A stretch of DNA of 11,435 bases from positions 1-11,435 of the forward strand of contig JBLWGC010000203.1 of NCBI GenBank assembly GCA_048772705.1. The letters are read 5' to 3'. This document shows positions 7,326 to 11,435 of this stretch, piece by piece. A program made the position numbers and the translations under genes. How positions within the stretch are numbered: position 1 is the stretch's first letter; the number at the start of each line of letters is the position of its first letter. The stretch is from Leidyana gryllorum EB-2025a (taxonomy: Eukaryota; Protista; Apicomplexa). The notes below the pieces were generated by a model, which worked only from the letters and a program-made list of their open reading frames with translations, had not been told where the DNA came from and searched no databases.

Positions 7326-7397
7326 GACTGCTCGCGCCGCCCGAACCCGCGGTTCTCCCTTCAAAAGTCTTGTGCTCTACGACGGAGTTGGGGCGGC
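7326..7397 (-). pseudogene. tRNA-Lys-derived remnant (TTT-like loop)
   Basis: Reverse complement GCCGCCCC..GTAGAGCACAAGACTTTT..CGCGGGTTCGG. Confidence 0.6.
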
Positions 7398-7495
7398 AAG
7401 AAAGCTCGGACTTGGTAACAAATTCCAGTCGTATTGATGGTGGAATCTTTCCGAGACGGTTCGGCTCTCGGCCGAAGCCTAAACTCGAGCACTTG

Positions 7496-7568
7496 TCCAC
7501 TGTAGTCTAAGTGGCTAGGATATGCGGCTTTCACCCGCACGATCCGGGTTCAAGTCCCGGCAGTGGAA
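7496..7568 (+). tRNA. tRNA-Glu-TTC: tRNA-Glu(TTC)
   Basis: Identical to 2060-2132. Confidence 0.95.
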
Positions 7569-7644
7569 GTCATTAGAGTACTCGATCAAAGTGCTCTGAT
7601 AACTTGCGTAAATAGGGACTGATGCGTGATTCCCGGCTTGCATT

Positions 7645-7716
7645 GCCTTCTTAGCTTAGGGGCAGAGCATTCGCTTAGTAAGCGAAAGGTCGCCGGTTCG
7701 ATTCCGGCAGAAGGCT
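7645..7716 (+). tRNA. tRNA-Thr-AGT: tRNA-Thr(AGT)
   Basis: Identical to 4733-4804. Confidence 0.94.
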
Positions 7717-7771
7717 CGACTGCATCGAATGGGCACCTGCAAGCTTATCGCAACTCCAATCATCGTAGCTG

Positions 7772-7844
7772 AGCCTCGTAGCTCAGCCATCAGAGTGTAA
7801 GTCTCTTAGCCACGAAGTCGCAGGTTTGGAACCTGCCAGTACCT
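7772..7844 (+). pseudogene. tRNA-Asn-derived remnant (CTT in loop)
   Basis: GTAGCTCAG..CAGAG..CCACGAAGTCGCAGGTTTGGAACCTGCCAG resembles 4927-4999. Confidence 0.62.
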
Positions 7845-7859
7845 GACGCACCCACAGCG

Positions 7860-7929
7860 CTCTGTTTGGTCCAGTTATATATTCTTCCTTTGGTGGAAGG
7901 AGTCCTGGGTTCGATTCCCAGAACAGCCC
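7860..7929 (+). pseudogene. tRNA-Pro(TGG-like) pseudogene
   Basis: 3' half intact; D-loop damaged; anticodon loop TTTGGT is 1 nt short. Confidence 0.78.
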
Positions 7930-8067
7930 GTTTGATAGTTGTTGGCTCAATGCCACGTCTCTCCAAGGTGGGCTTCTATACGCGGCTCCCACTCTTACAA
8001 TGCCGGATGAAGTCCAGACCAGCTGAGACAAAATCTGAGTTGCAGCAGTTGTGAGGGGCTGGAACTG

Positions 8068-8148
8068 CTCCGAGACCGGGAATCGAACCCGGGTCTCCCG
8101 CGTCTCCCGCGTGACAGGCGGAAATACTAATCACTATACTATCTCGGA
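8068..8148 (-). tRNA. tRNA-Asp-GTC: tRNA-Asp(GTC) variant with 9-nt tandem duplication
   Basis: Asp body plus GTCTCCCGC x2 at 8093-8110; D-loop GG changed to GA; possibly non-functional. Confidence 0.65.
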
Positions 8149-8204
8149 CGCTAGTAAACACGCAGGCCTCCAACCCCAGAACTCCTCGCGTTTTGAATTT
8201 CACG

Positions 8205-8250
8205 GGCAAGATGGCCGAGTGCTGTGTGCAAGCCGCCGTCCGAAAATGCG
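8205..8250 (+). pseudogene. tRNA-Leu fragment
   Basis: GGCAAGATGGCCGAGT-GCTGTG..GTCCGAAA; internal deletion and 3' loss. Confidence 0.6.
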
Positions 8251-8287
8251 GGCGCATGATCGCAACCATGTTTAGGCTAATGACTGA

Positions 8288-8359
8288 AGCCTCCTGCCGG
8301 AATCGAACCAGCGACCTTTCGCTTACAAAGCGAATGCTCTGCCCCTAAGCTAAGGAGGC
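8288..8359 (-). tRNA. tRNA-Thr-TGT: tRNA-Thr(TGT)
   Basis: GCCTCCT/AGGAGGC (compensated 5:68 pair versus the AGT copies), loop TT-TGT-AA. Confidence 0.94.
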
Positions 8360-8423
8360 ATTCCCTGTCTCGACCCATATGAGTTTTTGATGATGGGAAT
8401 TGCATCATTTCCACCACATCGCA

Positions 8424-8505
8424 CGACAACTGCTGGATTTGAACCAGCGCGGGCCAGGCCCAGTAGATTTCGAGTCTACCCCCTTGCCCACTCGGGCAAG
8501 TTGCC
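8424..8505 (-). tRNA. tRNA-Ser-CGA: tRNA-Ser(CGA)
   Basis: Ser body, loop CT-CGA-AA; two D-loop changes. Confidence 0.88.
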
Positions 8506-8614
8506 ACCTGTCGAACTCGGCATTTTGCGGCCAGTGATGTCACATACGGTTCGGCAAGCTTGACTAGGACCCCAAACCGTTGTGAAAAAGTGCCAGCGAG
8601 TAAGAGATGTCGTC

Positions 8615-8696
8615 GGCAAGGTGGCCGAGTGGTTAAGGCGGCGGCCTGCTAAGCCGTTGGGTTCCACCCGCGTGAGTTCGAATCTCACCCTTGTCG
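8615..8696 (+). tRNA. tRNA-Ser-GCT: tRNA-Ser(GCT)
   Basis: GGCAAGG/CCTTGTC, GCGGC-CTGCTAA-GCCGT, variable arm GGGT-TCC-ACCC, G73. Confidence 0.95.
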
Positions 8697-8853
8697 GTAG
8701 CATTCGGGGAGAGCGCAACTGGTTGAATGATTGAACTGAGGTTTTTGTCCGACTCGAATCCAACTCTTTACGCTGGGGTCTGTATACAAGACCCGTGTTG
8801 CATGTGTCCAGTTGAGGAAGCGCTAGTCCGACTCTTCTGGGATGGGCTGAACC

Positions 8854-8923
8854 GGTTGCGTCCTTGGTGGTTAGCACTCGACTCTTTGGATTTTCCGACC
8901 CGCGTTCGATCCCGGCGCGACCC
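8854..8923 (+). pseudogene. tRNA-Gln(TTG)-like remnant
   Basis: GGTTGCG/CGCGACC acceptor, GTGGTTAGCACTC D-arm, CTTTG loop, GTTCGAT. Confidence 0.6.
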
Positions 8924-8987
8924 TTGAACTGGTCCTCACTACTCCCTGAAGCTTCGCCACTTCTCTTGGGCTGCGGGGACCATCCAT

Positions 8988-9060
8988 GCAGCCATGGTCT
9001 AGTGGTTACGACGTCTGCTTAACACGCAGAAGGTTCCGAGTTCGATCCTCGGTGGCTGTA
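8988..9060 (+). tRNA. tRNA-Val-AAC: tRNA-Val(AAC)
   Basis: GCAGCCA/TGGCTGT, TCTGC-TTAACAC-GCAGA, CCGAG-TTCGATC-CTCGG. Confidence 0.95.
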
Positions 9061-9115
9061 GCTCGCAACTTTCAGCGGGCACCAAAAAAGACAATCTTAA
9101 GCGAGATCAACTGTG

Positions 9116-9187
9116 CTCCGAGACCGGGAATCGAACCCGGGTCTTCCGCGTGACAGGCGGAAATACTAACCACTATACTATCTGGGA
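9116..9187 (-). tRNA. tRNA-Asp-GTC: tRNA-Asp(GTC), one acceptor mismatch
   Basis: TCCGC-CTGTCAC-GCGGA; C4-C69 mismatch. Confidence 0.87.
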
Positions 9188-9280
9188 CGCTCCGAACACA
9201 CCGGCCTGAAACCCCAAAAGTTCTTCATCTTGAGATTCCAGGGATAGAAAACGCGTGGAGCGGCGAGCCAACAACATCCC

Positions 9281-9360
9281 GGCAAGATGACCGAGTGGTC
9301 TGAGGCGCTGTGCTCAGACCGGAGTCCGAAAGGTCGTGGGTTCGAATCCCACTTTTGTCA
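9281..9360 (+). tRNA. tRNA-Leu-CAG: tRNA-Leu(CAG), partly degenerate
   Basis: GGCAAGA/TTTTGTC, loop CT-CAG-AC, CCGAAAGG variable arm, GGTTCGAATCC; D- and anticodon-stem mismatches. Confidence 0.72.
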
Positions 9361-9396
9361 GGTTGCGCCCCAAACGGGAAAAACATAGAGTCCGGT

Positions 9397-9468
9397 TGAG
9401 CCCAGAGTGATTCGAACACCCAACGTTCTGATCTGGAGTCAGACGCGCTACCGTTGCGCCATAGGCCC
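9397..9468 (-). tRNA. tRNA-Trp-CCA: tRNA-Trp(CCA)
   Basis: GGGCCTA/TGGGCTC, TCTGA-CTCCAGA-TCAGA, GTTCGAATC. Confidence 0.93.
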
Positions 9469-9496
9469 AAAACCATCCCCCGTTCCAGACTCATTT

Positions 9497-9560
9497 ACCG
9501 GCAATCGGCCCGCTTCTTAGGCGTGACATTCGAAAATAGTAACCACTATGCTATCTCGGA
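9497..9560 (-). pseudogene. tRNA-Asp remnant
   Basis: TCCGAGATAGCATAGTGGTTA 5' end and Asp upstream flank retained; 3' half decayed. Confidence 0.68.
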
Positions 9561-9640
9561 CGCTCTGAACACGCCACGGACATTCCATTCGTTCAGAAAA
9601 CGGCCGCTACCGTGTACGAGCTTCAACAACAAGGTGTGAC

Positions 9641-9711
9641 GCATCTGTGGTCTAGTGGTAGAATGTCTCGTTGCTATCGAGACGACCCGGGTTCGATTCC
9701 CGGCAGATGCA
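9641..9711 (+). tRNA. tRNA-Gly body with GCT (Ser) anticodon
   Basis: Identical to Gly-GCC at 10694-10764 except C36 to T; no variable arm. Confidence 0.85.
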
Positions 9712-9777
9712 GAGGACACATGGTTGCTTTTCCACATTCAGAAATGAGTTGGTGTCTGACCCTCCAACCACATCGCA

Positions 9778-9858
9778 CGACAACTGCTGGATTTGAACCA
9801 GCGCGGGCCCGGCCCAGTAGATTTCTAGTCTACCCCCTTAACCACTCGGCAAGTTGCC
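9778..9858 (-). tRNA. tRNA-Ser-AGA: tRNA-Ser(AGA), 1-nt D-stem deletion
   Basis: As 7183-7264, 81 nt. Confidence 0.78.
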
Positions 9859-9919
9859 GTTGTCGAACTTGGCATTTTGCGGCCAGTGGCTTCACATACG
9901 GTTCAGCAAGCTTGAGTCG

Positions 9920-9992
9920 GACTGCTCGCGCTGCCCGAAGCCGCGGTCTCTCCATTGAAAGTCTAGGGGTCTACCGACGAAGCTGGCGCGGC
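9920..9992 (-). pseudogene. tRNA-Lys-derived remnant
   Basis: Paralog of 7326-7397 in the same position upstream of Ser. Confidence 0.55.
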
Positions 9993-10093
9993 AAGGAAGC
10001 TCGGACTTAGTAACTAGTTCCTCCCGTATTGGTCGCAGAATGTTGGGGCTTCAATCGGGTCCAGGGCAACTATTTATCAGAGATCCACTCACT

Positions 10094-10167
10094 TGGTCAC
10101 GCCCGGGCTCGAACCGGGGACCTTGAGCTTATTAGGCTCACGCTCTAACCGACTGAGCTACGCGACC
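10094..10167 (-). tRNA. tRNA-Ile-AAT: tRNA-Ile(AAT)
   Basis: Identical to 6990-7063. Confidence 0.95.
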
Positions 10168-10249
10168 ACTTCTGCGACGACAGATGGCACCGACCCGGAT
10201 GCTGGATCCCCCCTGAGCTAAAAACAAACATCAGAGCCATTCAGACACT

Positions 10250-10312
10250 GGCAAGAAGCTGTAGACGGCGCAAAGCGCTGGAAGGGCGTCGGCCCGAATC
10301 CCACTCTTCTCA
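10250..10312 (+). pseudogene. tRNA-Leu remnant
   Basis: GGCAAGA...CGAATCCCACTCTTCTCA followed by the same Leu-Trp spacer as 9361-9396. Confidence 0.6.
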
Positions 10313-10349
10313 GGTTGCGCCCCATACGGGAAGAACATGAGGTCTAATT

Positions 10350-10412
10350 GAGTGATTCGAACGCCCAATTTTCTAAGCTGAAGTCAGACCCGCTATGTTC
10401 CGCCACAGGCCC
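10350..10412 (-). pseudogene. tRNA-Trp pseudogene (loop CT-TCA-GC)
   Basis: Paralog of 9397-9468; acceptor 3' strand deleted. Confidence 0.75.
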
Positions 10413-10481
10413 CGCTCCAGACTCATTGCATCGTGATCAGGAATGGAGATTCAACATCTTTGAGCGTTTCAGGTCATCTTC

Positions 10482-10555
10482 AGAGCACCCGCGGAGTTCA
10501 AACACGGGCTTGCGCTGATATGCAGTCAGCTGCTAAACCACTGAGCTATGTACCC
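10482..10555 (-). pseudogene. tRNA-Cys(GCA) pseudogene
   Basis: GGGTACATAGCTCAGTGG..GCTGA-CTGCATA-TCAGC; T-arm damaged. Confidence 0.72.
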
Positions 10556-10597
10556 ACGAACTGTACGTACCCACAGACTGTACGTACCCACAAACTG
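10550..10597. repeat. 17-bp tandem repeat, about 2.8 copies
   Basis: GTACCCACGAACTGTAC / GTACCCACAGACTGTAC / GTACCCACAAACTG. Confidence 0.85.
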
Positions 10598-10693
10598 CCC
10601 GTCATGGTCGTTCAACCCAGTTTTATGATTCGCTTCGTTCAGAAAAATAAAAACGGCCGTGACCGTGTACGAGCTTCAACAACAAGGTGACAC

Positions 10694-10764
10694 GCATCTG
10701 TGGTCTAGTGGTAGAATGTCTCGTTGCCATCGAGACGACCCGGGTTCGATTCCCGGCAGATGCA
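10694..10764 (+). tRNA. tRNA-Gly-GCC: tRNA-Gly(GCC)
   Basis: GCATCTG/CAGATGC, TCTCG-TTGCCAT-CGAGA, GGTTCGATTCC. Confidence 0.95.
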
Positions 10765-10828
10765 GAGGAGATGACACATGGTTGAGTTTTATGCGTGAGT
10801 TGGTGTTTGACCCTCCGATCACATCGCA

Positions 10829-10910
10829 CGACGACTGCTGGATTTGAACCAGCGCGGGCCAGGCCCAGTAGATTTCGAGTCTACCCCCTTAACCACTCGG
10901 GCAAGTTGCC
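10829..10910 (-). tRNA. tRNA-Ser-CGA: tRNA-Ser(CGA), one acceptor mismatch
   Basis: Ser body, loop CT-CGA-AA; A4-C69. Confidence 0.88.
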
Positions 10911-11026
10911 AACGGTCGAACTCGGCATCCCGCGAACAGTGGCTTCACATACGGTTCAGCAAGCTTGACTCATGCCCTGTCTCAAATAAGATAACGAGTC
11001 TTTCGAACTCCACCTGCCACGTCACT

Positions 11027-11061
11027 CGACAGCTGCTAGATTCGAACCAGTGGGGCCAGGC
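11027..11061 (-). pseudogene. tRNA-Ser 3' fragment
   Basis: CGACAGCTGCTAGATTCGAACCAG..GGGCCAGG matches the Ser T-arm and variable arm. Confidence 0.65.
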
Positions 11062-11106
11062 GATACTGACGACTCAGGCGTTTGAGACAGTGAGGCTGTG
11101 GATTGT

Positions 11107-11179
11107 GCGGTGGTGGCGCAATGGATAGCGTGTTGCCCTCCGGAGGCAAAGGTTGTGGGTACGAGTCCCGCCCACCGTT
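11107..11179 (+). tRNA. tRNA-Arg-CCG: tRNA-Arg(CCG), T-loop variant
   Basis: GCGGTGG/CCACCGT, TTGCC-CTCCGGA-GGCAA; T-loop TACGAGT (U55 to A). Confidence 0.8.
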
Positions 11180-11284
11180 CTCGTGGTCTCGCTCAACAGT
11201 GGAATCGAGAAGAGTGGCTGCCATTCGGAGCCATGCAGACTTGCGCCATCCACTCAAGTTCGGGACCGCGGGCCACCACGCGAT

Positions 11285-11315
11285 CTGTGCACTCTACCCT
11301 TTGAGCTAGCGGTCT
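11285..11315 (-). pseudogene. tRNA 5' (D-arm) fragment, Ala-like
   Basis: Reverse complement CTAGCTCAAAGGGTAGAGTGC. Confidence 0.4.
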
Positions 11316-11435
11316 CCAACTTCGAAGAGCTATTGCATGCCGTGCTTGGAGTGGACGATTGCCCATTGAAAATCTGCGGAACGCTGCTGGCAAGCTCGAG
11401 TCGCACGGCTGCGAGGGATGACACCAAATGTCACA

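Larger units (their letters stand above)
9588..9915 (+). repeat. Gly/Ser module; direct copy at about 10634-10968
   Basis: Shared CCGTGTACGAGCTTCAACAACAAGGTG leader, Gly, spacer, Ser and Ser upstream flank. Confidence 0.9.

Noticed and set aside
7768-7787. Hairpin GCTGAGC/GCTCAGC
   Set aside because: Seven bp overlapping a decayed D-arm, seen in one copy only; likely chance.
8002-8040. Hammerhead- or C/D-box-like motif CCGGATGA..GAC-AAAA-TCTGA (also near 5350-5387)
   Set aside because: It does not match the CUGANGA/GAAA core or RUGAUGA, and the required flanking stems are absent.
10350-10412. tRNA-Sec
   Set aside because: No long variable arm or extended acceptor stem; it is clearly a paralog of Trp at 9397-9468.
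1412-11393. All ORFs in the supplied track (61-144 aa)
   Set aside because: They overlap tRNA genes and repeats on either strand, and recurring peptides (GFEPA, VLGSIP, GNRTR) are translated T-arm/B-box sequence. No protein family is recognisable.
1-11435. Bacterial, phage or organellar tRNA array
   Set aside because: ANN anticodons for Ala/Pro/Thr/Val/Ile/Ser, A1:U72 initiator with AUCG loop, C1:G72 Tyr with intron, no CCA and mixed strands all indicate eukaryotic nuclear tRNAs.
1-11435. CRISPR array
   Set aside because: The repeats are 70-80-nt cloverleafs of many types on both strands, and the spacers are themselves repeated.
1-11435. tRNA-derived SINE cluster
   Set aside because: Many different tRNA types are present, upstream flanks are co-duplicated, and there are no poly-A tails or target-site duplications. 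This fits DNA-level duplication.

Overview
No protein-coding gene is supported. The whole window is a very dense eukaryotic-type nuclear tRNA gene array with about 75 tRNA-derived units, roughly one per 150 bp on both strands. About 37 are intact or nearly intact and about 38 are pseudogenes or remnants. Together they cover 19 of 20 amino acids (no Phe or elongator Met recognised; His, Gln and Cys occur only as decayed copies). Eukaryotic origin follows from many ANN (inosine-type) anticodons, no encoded CCA, an initiator tRNA-Met with A1:U72 and an AUCG T-loop, and a C1:G72 tRNA-Tyr with an intron. A protist host (possibly alveolate) is a guess only. The array is a shuffled mosaic of tRNA-spacer modules in direct and inverted copies. 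Flanks are exchanged through tRNA bodies, deletions occur at microhomologies, and anticodons switch on identical bodies. Notable units are a Gly body with a GCT anticodon, a 7-nt tRNA-Tyr intron and a 9-nt duplication at the intron site of tRNA-Asp. All cloverleafs and coordinates were read by eye, and remnant boundaries are approximate.
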